From contig CAJFCJ010000007.1 of assembly GCA_904063045.1 (NCBI GenBank), positions 1,394,510 through 1,458,509 of the forward strand: DNA of 64,000 bases. Direction: 5' to 3'. Shown here piece after piece: positions 13,194 to 25,265 of the stretch. Position numbers and translations under genes: made by a program. Under the pieces are notes generated by a model. The model was not told the origin of the DNA. It made no database searches and was given only the letters and a program-made list of their open reading frames with translations. This stretch comes from Dimorphilus gyrociliatus (lineage: Eukaryota; Animalia; Annelida). Position 1 is the first letter of the stretch. Every line of letters starts with the position of its first letter.

Positions 13194-13571
13194 TTTATTA
13201 GATGGTTTTAGCAATTATTAACTCTTATTTATTTCTATTGCTGTAGTCTCTTATGAAATTTACTAGAAAGATAATGCCAAAGTTAATTTATCCAATTTGA
13301 TTCTAAATTTTGTTTGACATGACATTTAACACTCTTTCAAGAGTAAATCAAAGAAAAACGTCTGCTATATATCTCTTCGCCAATTGATGTAAAAAATTCA
13401 TTTCTCCAAACGTTAGACTGAAAGATGTTCTCAACATTTGTATGGCAAGTATCAAGTAAAAAAAATGGCGGAATTAAGAAAAATTCAAGGTGTATTACCT
13501 ATAAAACCTTTAAAAATGGTATAAAATCTATTTCAAATTTAAATATTTATTAACGAATATTTAAATGAAAT

Positions 13572-15035
13572 ATGATAATTTTATTTCTGATTTTATTAGA
13601 ATCGTATCATGCAATATCTTATCCCAATGAATTTCATAGTGGTTTTAAAGATACAGAAACATTAACTGCTTTACCGGGCTGCTCTTGTAATGATATAAAT
13701 GTTTCCGTTGAAAATGTTACTTTTATTTGTAATGGCAATCAAGAAAATAGATGCGATACAACATATGGCATTTTGAGAAAAAAGACCAACGTTACTATCA
13801 TTTGTAAACGGTCACAGATGCCAACAGTAAAAACTACAGATGTTGTAATTGAATTAGTATTTGATTCTCTATTCTCAGAAAAGGTCAATAGAAATTTATT
13901 AATTAGACAGTTATCTAACTAATTAACAAAAAATTTCTTTAAAAGGGTAATTTGTACTTGGAAAACTGCCAATCTGACTATATTTACATCTATTTTCACG
14001 AATCCTTACCACATATGAATATGATTGATAAAATGATTTATAAAAATACTCATCATTTACCGTGTAATTTGAAAATTAGACAAGTCAACTATTTACGTTT
14101 AATATTGCCAGTTCCAATGATTTATACTATCGATTCATTCTTTCATGAGAAAAACACTTGCGTTTTTGAAGATAAAAAAGGAACTATAAATAACATTGAG
14201 ACATTTTCAGTCGTATCCGATAATCTCGAAAGAAAACAGTTTATTTGGCTTCAGAATAAAGGCAATATGTTAATTGTTAATTTTGCAGTATTTTAACCCT
14301 TTTCCATTTCTCTATTTTCCCCTTCATTTCACTTTACAATCGCATTTTTATATTCTAAAGGTATCATATTTACGAATGATATAATTATAAGTGAATGTGA
14401 GAAATGTACAATTATCCTACCATCCGACTATCATAACAGCCAAATATTATTATTCTTCAAAAGAACATTTACAAATCTTAAAGGTCGATTATCTTTAGGA
14501 ATCGTTATTGGCTGTTTAGATAATATGAATTGGTTAATTCAAGTTTATAAGGCAAGAATCGAAAATGGAAAAATTCATGATGAATTTAAAGGATTTCAAT
14601 GTCCTAGACCTGAAAAATTCACTATATCTTTAAGAAAAAATGACAAAAAGTAGAAGAGAAATTCACTTTATAAAAAAATTCATAAATATGCAAATTTTAT
14701 TCAGATCTAGGTATAATTTTCTAAAAAGCGTAAGATTTATGACAAAGCCAACAACTATACAACAAATAGTAATGAAAACAAGGAGAATGTTAAAGATTTC
14801 AACAAAATTTTCACTTTCAACAACCTCGATAGTCGATCCATTAATCGTCGAAATATTAAGGAGAAGAGATGAAAGATTAAAACTCAGCTCATCCTCTCAT
14901 AGATGGTTAACAGTGATACTTCCAATAGTAGTCTCTCTTATATGCTTCTTTGTCATTTTCTTCGCAATCTATTCATTTTATCTCGAAGGAAAATGTTTAG
15001 AAATGTTACAAAATAATATTTCTAACGAAGATTAG
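13572..15035 (+). CDS. Uncharacterised type I single-pass membrane protein (signal peptide, Cys-containing ectodomain, Thr/Ser-rich stalk, TM), about 4 exons
   Basis: Hydrophobic start MIILFLILL. Three track ORFs plus an open frame GIIFTND...IGCLDNMNWL...KNDK (about 14360-14650) join via short introns. C-terminal TM is WLTVILPIVVSLICFFVIFFAIYSFYL. One junction seems to need a GC donor. Confidence 0.5.
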
Positions 15036-15491
15036 ATCTACTAATCCTCTTTGTTATTAAAAGAACGAAATTGAATATGTAAATGAGAGATGGGAATGAT
15101 AATTTGCGAGGATAATTATCTAATACATATACATTTAATCAGCTCATTGGATATTAATTGAATAAATGACAAAACAAATCAACTTTTCTTTTTAATATAA
15201 ATTTAATATAATTATTATCTTTAAACACAATATAGTTTACCTTTGAACAATATAAAGTTAGACTACCTTTTAGTTAATCTCTTTATGTATACGAAGTATA
15301 AATACAGTATAAGAAATATTTTTTGCAGTATTTTCAAGAATAGAATTAAAGATATAGCATAAATTAATTTATGAAATGGAGACTAACATTTAAGAAAGAC
15401 ATGAAAAAAGTCTATTTAATTCATAGAAAAGAAAATTCAATTGTGACTCAATAGAGGAAAATCTTCAATTTTCCATACTTTACATATAATT

Positions 15492-18209
15492 TTATGCTTC
15501 TGTTGAATATCGAGAGCGAACAGTTTCAAGAGCATCGTCTACTTCGTTATTACGAATACTAATTCGTCTAACTTTTGTTTCGTACCTTAAAACTGCACCA
15601 CTTTCAGTTGGTACACCAATAACTGGGTTATCCCTGTGAGAATCAGCGGCGTCCTTTCCATTCAAAGCTTGGACAGCTGATTCGTTATAGATTTGACTTT
15701 GAGGTTTAACGGCATCAACCCGAGCGTCATAAGTATCGTCGTATACGCTTGGAGTTGAGTTATTAGCTGTTAAGCTAAATACGGAAAAAAACGGAATGAA
15801 GAGAGTGATTTATAGAAAAAAAGAACATAATAATAATAATAGTGCTATTCGTGTTTACCGAGCTGTATCATCTTTAGGAGCGAATTTCCACGGTTCATTA
15901 AATTTGAACTTTTCCCGAAATCCGGCATTTTGCACATAACATATCAATAAGATAAGGAAAAAGATACCCAGAATCAAGAGGACAAATATGACTATAAGAC
16001 CTATGGAATGAGACGATATGATAATAAAGTAAATGAAAGAGAAATGGCAAACCTGCGTGAAATCTTGTAAAATTTAAAGAACTCTTCTTCTTAGAAAATC
16101 CTACTTGAGGATCAGTCGGTGGATCCTAAGATAATGATTACAAGAATAAATCAACTTTAAAAAGATTAAAAAACAATCCGAAAAATCTTACTGGAGGTTG
16201 AGTTGTTGGTCGATCTGTCTCTGGTGGAGGATTTGTAGGATAGGTTCTAGAAGGGTCTCTGGTAGTTGTTGTTTTGGTTGTTCGTCTCGTTGATCGTTTA
16301 GTCGATGGCTTTGTAGGAGTGGTTGTAGGCTTTTCAGTTGTCTTTGTAGTCGGTTTTGGTGTTGGTGTAGACGTTGGTTCATTTGTCGTCGTAACATAAT
16401 CTGAACAAGAAAGAAAGTAAGTAGGGAGAACGAGGAAGGTAATGATACTACTACAATTTATCATTCTTGAACAACATCATAGTTTATTACATAATAATAA
16501 AAAAGTGATAATAGATAATGAACAGTGATTCAACAACATTACAAATTACCAGAAATAGTAGTATTTAAAAAGTAAGTTGTTGTTAACTCAGTAAAATTGA
16601 AAGTAGTATTTGCGGTCACATTTGGAGCAGTAGACGCTAAATGATTATTAATAAGTAAAATTGTAAAAAAAGATTAAAGTTTGGAATAAGAGATTGATTA
16701 ATTAATTAATTATTTATTTACTTACTAGTTGTTAAGTTAGTAACTTTTTATAGAAAGCATTAAAAGAGATTAAATAAAACAAACGTTTAGCTTTATTTTA
16801 AAGCGAATATTAATAACATACCCGTTGCGCATATTACTCCATAATTTTCAGAACATTTTTCTGTAGTCCATTCACCAGTTTCTAGATTAATGGCAACACA
16901 TGCCTTATCTACTTTGTTCAGATTTTCAGTAGGTTGGCAAACTGACCAATTTGAATAGGTCAAATATCTATCGATTCCATTAATTTTCCAAGATTGTCTG
17001 GTTGCTCCAACCCAGAATTCTTCGTTTCCAGAAAGACCATATGAATCAAGATATGCTGTAGTATTTTCAATAGCTTCTGTCGAATTCAAGTGAATCAAGT
17101 TCATATCTCTCTTCAAACATTCATTTTGGGCCTCACACCAGCTTAATTTCGTACTCGAATATATAAATGTATCAAGACCGTTTTGACATAAAACCCCTTT
17201 TAAACTAGTACAATCATCATCAGACATCTCTAATTTATCATTTTTTGTCGTAAAAGCGCAGGCGCTTCCCGAATCTATTGATCCATCTGGCTGATTTTTC
17301 TTCCATTTTGAAAGAGCTCCGTCAACGTAGAACACAATATTTGCACCAGCTCCTCCACAATTACCTTTTTTACTTGTTACACATTCGATTGTGCAATAGT
17401 ATGAAGATGTGGCCCCGTACCGGCCGTATTTATCGCTACAAAAGCAGATATTTCCTCCACCATCATTCTGAATTCCAGCAACTTTATTCCCTTTTAGTCT
17501 GCATATATTCCCGCATGTAGTGGGATCTATTTGAGTAGGAAGTATTTGTTCGTATTTCGAATCAAGATCAGGCATTATAGAATTATCTTGAAAGCATCCT
17601 TGCTCATACAAAATGGTATGGTCTATATATTTAAAAAACAGAAAAAGTTGATAACAGTTCTGTTTAGCAGAGAGTTATTAAATTTGTTTACCTAAAGACC
17701 AAGACCAATAATTAGGTCGGCTAAAACTGTCACCAACATTTTGGTCCTCTATTGCTTGATACCCAAGCCAAATCTTATTAGAACTACTTTTATTGATATC
17801 TTTTAATTTATTTATTAAATTCTGTTGGGGATTTAAACACAAAATTTTATCAGTTTTGTGTCACACATTCGCATTATGATGGGATCTATTAAAAATAAAC
17901 ATACCGCTTGATAATGAATAAGAAAAGCATCGTTTCCAATCTGACTTTTACATTGGCTTAAACCGTCATTATAATTTGTACTTCCGACGTATTTCAAGCA
18001 CCAATTGTCGTAATTTTCACAACCATCTATTTGATATTTAATATATACTTATTTAAAAATTCAATAAACATAATCTAAATCCTTTCTTGGTTTAGAAATA
18101 GCTTAAATATTAAAGGAACGTGCTTAAAACTCTACTTACGACTTGTGATGAACTTAAGTATAACCAGATAAAGTGTTAATCTTATCCGAAAAATTAAAGC
18201 TGTTGACAT
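15492..18209 (-). CDS. Type I membrane receptor: signal peptide, C-type lectin interrupted by WSC domain, second C-type lectin, mucin stalk, TM, Tyr-containing tail (about 9 exons)
   Basis: Exons 18140-18209 (MSTALIF...), 17905-18026 (WCLKY...C), 17692-17821 (IWLGYQ...WSWSL) and 17622 onward (WSC GCFQD...C..IC...CFC...CGG; WKKNQPD; CTLD FWVGA...NW...C...W...C). These are followed by Thr/Pro-rich exons, TM GLIVIFVLLILGIFFLILLICYV and a last exon ending STEA*. Splice phases are consistent. Confidence 0.8.
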
Positions 18210-19402
18210 GGTATCAGATAAAACTGTTTCGACTTCATTAACTTAATAAGAAGGTAAAAATGAGGGAACTACGTCATTTTTGACTCGTCACCAAGGGCGA
18301 GAATGAAAACAGATCGAATGGAATTCCCTGGACACGGCGGGCTGGTGAATTACTAATAAGCCTATATTTGTCAATGCACGTTAAGCTATAATATTATTTC
18401 TTCTTTCCAATTTAATATGTCTATTTTAATAAAGATATTTAGAGATTGGCTTTTCATGTCATAGAAGCGTCGTGACACGACTTATTCTTGATTCTATAAA
18501 TGAAAAATTGTTTGAATTATTCATCTAATCAAACTTATTCCATTCCTTCCTCCTTTCCCCCCCCCCCCTTACTTTCTAATTTCTGTTATTTTTGTTTCAC
18601 AAATAGTACATTACTCCTTCAATCAACACTACAATGTTGTCACGTAAAACATACTCTTAAATAGCCTATAAGACAATTAAGTTATTTAAATTTTACACAA
18701 TGGTGTACTTACTAAAAACTAATATTTAATCTATGAAATGTAAAATACAGTATTCTTGAGTACTATTAAAATAGAACAAAAACATTCTTCTTTTACTTCT
18801 TCTTCTTCTTCTGCTTCTTTTATCATTAAATGTTACTAAATATTATTATTCACACCGTTTATTAATTTTGAATGGTTTTGATATAAACAACTAACAATTC
18901 GTTTATTACACTGAACTTTTTAATTATTTGTGGTAAAGAATAAAAAGGGCCCAGACATTTATTTGAAGCGATATTTCTCAACATGGCGAATCTATTTCGT
19001 AGTCAACTTTAGGCGATTATTTACCGGTTGTTGCTTTAAATTTTCGTCAAATCCTGGTAAATAATTGACCGGAGTAGGCTAAATTCATTTCTTCTAGTTG
19101 TATTCGCTTTAAAATATAGTTTAAATACAGATTACAATAAGTATTATTAAACGATTCTTATTATTATTGTTATTGTGCAGTTTATGTTAAATTGGGGGCG
19201 GTTTTCTAACATTTTCTCTTTTAGCGTTTAAAAGATGTGAAAATATTTCCTTTTGGAAGAAAGGTGGAGTGATAGAGAGAGCAAATAGTATCGAAATGCA
19301 TTCACTTTAACAGTTGCGGTGTCCGAATAAAATATACATCACAACGTGGTAATTTGTATATTTTGGAACTTCTTCTGTACCTCATACTATACCTCTACAA
19401 AA

Positions 19403-19978
19403 ATGTCGGATGAAGAATCCTCAGATAATATGGAACAACCCATACGCTCTGGTAGTAAGAAGTTTAAACGATTAAATAAAAATCGGCCAAGCGAAATTTC
19501 ATCGAAACGTCCGAAGAATAATCCCGTTCAAACTGCGTCTTTAACTAACACTCGAGATCCAAGATTCGATGATCTATCTGGTAAATTCAGTGAGCATCAT
19601 TTTCAAAATTCATATGGTTTTATTAGTGAAATTGAGAAAAGAGAAAAAGAGAAAATTGCGAAAACCATCAAAAAGGAAAAGAATTCTGATAAAAGGTTAA
19701 AATTACTCAAATTAAAAGATAGATATGAGCAGAAAGAGAAGGTAAAAATAATGAACGATAACAAAAAAGAACAGTTAAAGAAAATCAAGAAGAAGGAATT
19801 GGAACAAGTAGCTGAAGGAAAGAAACCATATTTTCTTAAGAAAAGTGATAGAAAATTACTGGAATTAGCAGAAAAATATAAGGATCTACAAAAAGACAAT
19901 AAACTAGAGAGTTATATGATGAAGAAACGAAAGAAAAATTCTCAAAAAGAAAGAAAAAAAGTCTTCAAAAATTATTAA
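19403..19978 (+). CDS. RRP36: rRNA processing protein RRP36 (DUF947), coding region intronless
   Basis: NRPSEISSKRP, RDPRFDDLSG, Y.FI, EGKKPYFLKKS and LESYMMKKRKKN motifs. First ATG at 19403; the track start is a GTG. Confidence 0.88.
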   Translation: MSDEESSDNMEQPIRSGSKKFKRLNKNRPSEISSKRPKNNPVQTASLTNTRDPRFDDLSGKFSEHHFQNSYGFISEIEKREKEKIAKTIKKEKNSDKRLKLLKLKDRYEQKEKVKIMNDNKKEQLKKIKKKELEQVAEGKKPYFLKKSDRKLLELAEKYKDLQKDNKLESYMMKKRKKNSQKERKKVFKNY

Positions 19979-20565
19979 ATAAAATGCATTCTTTATTCAT
20001 CCTTCAGTTTTCTTTTTAAGTAAGACACTTAGCGAATTTAGCATTGAACAAGACTTAAAAGTGTTGAGCTTCTTATGAAAAATGAGTAGAAAATAAGTAA
20101 ATTCCTTTATATCTTTATTCCTCTACTATTACACAAGACTATGGGAGGAGAAGTGGACAAAAAGGCTTATAATTAAACCAGATTAGTAGGATAATCATTT
20201 AAGGTCTTTTACGCAATCTTATCAAAAAATTCTTTTTTTTATATTTCCATTAAAAGGTTTCACTTATTATTTTATTTATTTATTTTAGAGAAAATAATAT
20301 ATAGGATAACAGATTCCCGCTTAATGCTGTACATTAAAGTTTTTTAGGCCTACATTTATTATTAATAATTGACCTTTATTTGTTATTTAGACTGCTTTTC
20401 CAACTTCTTAGGAAACAGTTGAGCCAATTTATAACGTATTTTTAATGTATTATTCCAGAAGAGAAAGACTCTTCATAACCTAGAGCAACGCCATCTATCG
20501 AACAATGATTTATATACCTTTCACCTGTTAATGATATGTATTGATAAGGTGAGAAAGAACCTAAA

Positions 20566-22992
20566 ATGTGCGATTCTAATGTTGAATCAATCTTCGCCAC
20601 ATTACAACGAAGTACCATCTCATCAATATCAGGCGAAATTTGCAAAAGATGTGGAAAAAAGGTATATCCTGTTGAAAGGATTGACGTTGGCTTGGTTTTT
20701 CATCGTTCCTGCTTCAAATGTAAACAATGCGAGATTCAATTATCGTTGAAGTCTTTTCAATTGAGCAGAGATGAACAAGATGTATTTTGTGGTAATCACG
20801 TTGCTATCGCCAATGCTCAGATTAACAGAGACTCCCTCCATATCCAACAAGCCATACAATCGCAGAAGATCTTTAGTCAAAGACCTGGCGTAACGCCCAC
20901 TCTGCAAAGAAAAAATACATTTCATCCTATTCATGAATTAGAAACTAGTGGAGTAATTAATGCCCAAAGTGCTCTCGAAGAAAATCACAGGGAAGAGGAA
21001 GATGAATTGTATAGACAAATGTTTGATGAACGAAGAGCTCAGCTACGAGCTTTAGATAGACAAATGCAAACGGAACGAGAGAACGCCGTTAGCCTCCTTA
21101 TGAGATACTTTGACACCAAGCAAACTTCAACAAATGAAAGAGAAGCGATTATTAGAAATTTAGATAGAATGCTAACTGGCCAAAGAACAGAAAGAGCACA
21201 AGAGCTTTTAAAATTAATTGCACTCGAAGAACAAGCAGCAGTTACTCGTATGATTGAGAAGCATAGCAAGGAAATGTTCTTACTTATTCACAATAAAGAT
21301 CGTTCAATTTCCTCCGAAGATGGCTCTAGTTCAAGACAAACTCATGAACAGACGGAAGAAGAAGTGCAACTTTTAGCTGATCCACCACCTGCACCCCCAC
21401 TTTCTAGTAAATTTGATCTCTTCGATTCGCCAAAAATCTTTCGTCATTTAGACCGACAGGCGTTAAGGGTTGCGGGGCAGCAATATGAGTCCTTCACAGA
21501 ATTAGTGAAAGTTTTAACAGCGAATTGCAAGAGTGATTTAGAAAAAGTAAGGGTAATATTCAAATGGATGTCGACTAGTCAAATTACAGAGGAAGCTGAT
21601 CCTGAATCCCCTTTGGGATTGTTGAGAGGAGTACAACTTGGAACAGAGAGTTACCATGATCTCTTTAAGCGTTTATGCGGTTACGCCGGTCTTAGATGCA
21701 AATTAATTGATGGTGTCTCCAAAGCAGCAGGATATAAGCCAGGAATGTCACTTATGAAATTCCGAAATCAGTGGACAGCAGTCTACGTCGATGACGCTTG
21801 GCGTTTTATAAATTGTAACTGGGGAGCTAGACATGCGAAAAATTCATCAGGAGATCTCACGTATGAAGTTGATGAGTTTTACTTTCTAACAGATCCTGAA
21901 GATCATATTTATCAACATTTACCAGATGATCCTGAATGGCAGCTACTAGAAATTCCAGTTTCAAAAATTGATTTCCAGAGTCTTCCTGTTGTGAAATCGC
22001 CTTTCTTCAATCAATCATTAACTCTAACCGGTGTTTTTAGCGGTTTACTAACAACTGACCAATTCGGTAATGTTCAAGTTAGACTAAGATCTCCGAAAAG
22101 ATTAAATATTGCGGGAAAATTGGAACGTTTAAAGAATTCCTTATCTCGTCCTTCGCAAAATGCAGAATTGGAGAATAGAACATTTGTTGTGCTGAAAAAT
22201 TCGAATGAATACGTTGTTCAAGCAAGACCACCGACTATGGGTAAATTTCTGTTAGAAATTTACGTAGAGAGTGAATGGATGGACGGGGAACTAGATGCAG
22301 CATGTTCGTTTCTCGTCAAATCTAATATTGTTGCGCCTCATGCAAATATTACGTTTCCACCAGTCGGTCTGGTCGGATCGCTAACACCAAAACTCAAAGA
22401 ATTTTCACATAAAGACGCTTACATAGCTTGCAATAATGCTTCGTGCAAGATCAGAGTTCTAATGAATACCGAAATAGAAGATTCTGATCATTTATCATTA
22501 AAATTTAGACTCTGGGATTCGACAAAAAATCGTTTAATCGACAGAGATAAATTCGCTCTAATTGTATCTAGAGACGATCGCACAATAGCCATAGAAGCCT
22601 TAACGGCTACAAGAGCCATATATTTATTGTCTATATTTGTCAATGGAGAGTGTTCATTTAAATATTTAATCGAAAATTATTCGAATGCCGAACCAAAAAT
22701 TCGACCATTTCCAAAACCGACCAAGAGATGGCCAGCAATAGGATGCGAACTTCGCGCACCATTAACTCGATACCTGCCAGCCAACAATCAAGTCCGCTTT
22801 GACTTTCTAGCAAGAAATGCTAAGAGAATGGTTATTTCAATTGGTGAAGATTGGGTTGACTTAATAGAAAGTAGAGGAACTTGGACAGGCCAAGTACAAA
22901 CTGATAAACAAGGAAACCTTATCATTTATGCGTCTTTTGACGGAAGAAAGTTAAAACCTCTTCTTGAGTATACAGTTCAAACAATGCGTTAA
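20566..22992 (+). CDS. Hillarin / LIM and transglutaminase-like (kyphoscoliosis peptidase family) protein, intronless
   Basis: 808 aa. N-terminal LIM (CKRCGKKVYPVE...FHRSCFKCKQC...C..H), coiled coil, then transglutaminase-like region with LFKRLCGYAGLRC, WTAVYVDDAWRFINCNWGA and DEFYFLTDPE. Confidence 0.88.
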   Translation: MCDSNVESIFATLQRSTISSISGEICKRCGKKVYPVERIDVGLVFHRSCFKCKQCEIQLSLKSFQLSRDEQDVFCGNHVAIANAQINRDSLHIQQAIQSQKIFSQRPGVTPTLQRKNTFHPIHELETSGVINAQSALEENHREEEDELYRQMFDERRAQLRALDRQMQTERENAVSLLMRYFDTKQTSTNEREAIIRNLDRMLTGQRTERAQELLKLIALEEQAAVTRMIEKHSKEMFLLIHNKDRSISSEDGSSSRQTHEQTEEEVQLLADPPPAPPLSSKFDLFDSPKIFRHLDRQALRVAGQQYESFTELVKVLTANCKSDLEKVRVIFKWMSTSQITEEADPESPLGLLRGVQLGTESYHDLFKRLCGYAGLRCKLIDGVSKAAGYKPGMSLMKFRNQWTAVYVDDAWRFINCNWGARHAKNSSGDLTYEVDEFYFLTDPEDHIYQHLPDDPEWQLLEIPVSKIDFQSLPVVKSPFFNQSLTLTGVFSGLLTTDQFGNVQVRLRSPKRLNIAGKLERLKNSLSRPSQNAELENRTFVVLKNSNEYVVQARPPTMGKFLLEIYVESEWMDGELDAACSFLVKSNIVAPHANITFPPVGLVGSLTPKLKEFSHKDAYIACNNASCKIRVLMNTEIEDSDHLSLKFRLWDSTKNRLIDRDKFALIVSRDDRTIAIEALTATRAIYLLSIFVNGECSFKYLIENYSNAEPKIRPFPKPTKRWPAIGCELRAPLTRYLPANNQVRFDFLARNAKRMVISIGEDWVDLIESRGTWTGQVQTDKQGNLIIYASFDGRKLKPLLEYTVQTMR

Positions 22993-23105
22993 CTATATTG
23001 TCTAAACGACATTATTTTTTTTCTATTATATATTGATATATTATTGTTGTATTGACCGTTACAATAGCTAGGCTCAGTTAGTATGTTGCCAACGGTTTAA
23101 TAAAT

Positions 23106-23821
23106 ATGGATCCATTCTACTGCTCCTGTTCTGCTTGTAAAAAATTTTTAACCAAATATTTTAAAGGCTACGAATCTTTATTATACGAATCTGAGGATGA
23201 GAGGGTTCGAAGGACCCGCGTAGTATCGGCGTCTTTAGGTAAAAGTGGAAATAAGGATAGTTGCTCAATTAGAGTTGGAGATAGAGTAATCATTCGCGGT
23301 AATCAAAAAGGTTTTGTCAAGTTTATAGGTCCTTTATCCGATAATATTGGAGCAGAATTGTATATTGGTGTTCAACTGGATGAAAATGGTAACTTCGAAA
23401 GATTAATATCTGTTTACTTTCATACTAAAAATATTGTATTACCATTTTTAGTAGGTTCTCATACAAACGGTATAATTAGGGGCAAGCGATACTTCTATTG
23501 TCCTCCTGGTCATGGAGCTTTCGTCAAATACCCAGAAGCTAAACTAATTCCTCGTTATAATAAAAGACCAAATACTAGGAGTGGAAATAACAAAGACAGG
23601 CGTCTTTTACAGTTAGTCTATTTATTTATTTATTCTTGATTAATAAGTTATTTAAACAAAAAATAAGCAGAAGATCGAGAACCATGCCAAATTTAACGGG
23701 AAAGCAAAACTTGAAAAGAGGTACTGGAAAATATGGAGATTATTCGGGTACCATAGAAAAGTTGCGGGAAGCGTATGAAATTGGTTTAATCTTAGAGAGC
23801 AACGAAAGAGATGAAAATTAG
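23106..23821 (+). CDS. Small CAP-Gly domain protein, 3 exons
   Basis: VGDRV...GFVKFIG...YIGVQLDEN|VGSHTNGIIRGKRYFYCPPGHGAFV. Introns near 23389-23450 and 23612-23669 have compatible phases. Confidence 0.7.
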
Positions 23822-24199
23822 TAAACAAATGAATTTTTTTTGCACATTTTATAGGTATTTTGTTTGTTTTAAAAATCAATTAAAAATAAATTTGCTCAGA
23901 AAACTCTAGGTTTCGAGAATTATCTTTTGCCAATTCATCGGTGTTGCACATGATTAAGTTGTTTTAAACATTAGCGTGGTTACTAGGTTCACACCTATTT
24001 TTCTTTCAATCACTATGGTGGAGAAGGAGGTCCATATTTATTTTTTTTAAGCTCAGCAAATGAAATGCTCGAAAATTCGACTGGTCCCAGTTAAATGACC
24101 TAGTTGTCACCGTTTCACACTATAAATTGAAATTGGAAGTCTCTTATTTTTATTGCTTTACGGCTGAATATAAGGAAAGCATCTAATATCAATAAGAAA

Positions 24200-24616
24200 A
24201 TGAATGTTTCTATACCAGACAACTTTGGCTATGTTATCTTAACCATTATATCATCAATGTTTATGTTGATATATAAAGGATTAAAAGTAGGAAAGGCAAG
24301 AAAGAAGTACAACTTGCCATATCCTGCAATGTATCATCCTGATAGTGTTGTCTTTAATTGCATTCAACGGGCCCATCAAAACACTCTGGAGCAGTATCCA
24401 CAATTTTTGGTTCTTATGTTGTTTGCAGGTATTAAGTACCCTTGTGGTGCCACTGTTTTGGGTTTGCTCTGGATTGTTTCAAGAATCGTATACGCTCATG
24501 GCTATTACACAGGAGATCCATCAAAAAGAACTCGTGGAGCTTTTGGATATATCGGCTACTTTGGTTTGATTGGCATGTCCATTTCAACTGCGCTATCTCT
24601 TTTGCATTTCATCTAA
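24200..24616 (+). CDS. MGST3: Microsomal glutathione S-transferase 3 (MAPEG family), intronless
   Basis: VGKARKKY.LPYPAMY, FNCIQRAHQNTLEQYP and YAHGYYTGDPSKR.RG motifs. Confidence 0.92.
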   Translation: MNVSIPDNFGYVILTIISSMFMLIYKGLKVGKARKKYNLPYPAMYHPDSVVFNCIQRAHQNTLEQYPQFLVLMLFAGIKYPCGATVLGLLWIVSRIVYAHGYYTGDPSKRTRGAFGYIGYFGLIGMSISTALSLLHFI

Positions 24617-25265
24617 ATGTTTTGTTTAAATATAATTTAAGTGTATATTCCAAGAAAGTAGACTATATGTATTAATATACTTTGTATACTATTATATGAA
24701 AGATTAAATACAGATTGATAAAAGTGATTAAAATAATGAGTAAGAGGATTCAATATTTGTATTCATTAATTTTATTACCATGTCATAAAATAAATGCCTA
24801 AGTAAATGTTATATCACAAATAGTATATAACTCAATCTCCGATGTAATATATCTGAAGATTGGTGAACTCCAAGAACATTTATAAATGACCATTTAGTAT
24901 TTTTCCTTAAAAAAGAGTACGATATTTTTTCAAGTTACAAAACTTTAAAAATAAATAGATATGTTAAAATATATGTATTACGGAAGATAATAACTCGTAC
25001 GATTTTTGCTGTTAGATATGGCTAATAGAGAATATCAACAGGCGAATGATTTCTTTACAATAAACACACTAAACATTCCCTGTATTTTTTACGTAATAAT
25101 GTAGGTCTTACTGAATTTGGTAACACTTTTAACTAGTCAACGTTGTAAATCATTTTTTTTCAACTGAAATTGCTAATATACAATAACAATAAATAAGTCG
25201 TTATTTATATCGAGTTATTTTTTAATTTTTAGGTCGTTGAAAAATAAATCAAGTTTAGACCATAT

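Noticed and set aside
19603-19899. Phe/Ser/Leu-rich antisense ORF that looks hydrophobic
   Set aside because: It is the reverse complement of the Lys/Glu-rich RRP36 CDS, a compositional artefact.
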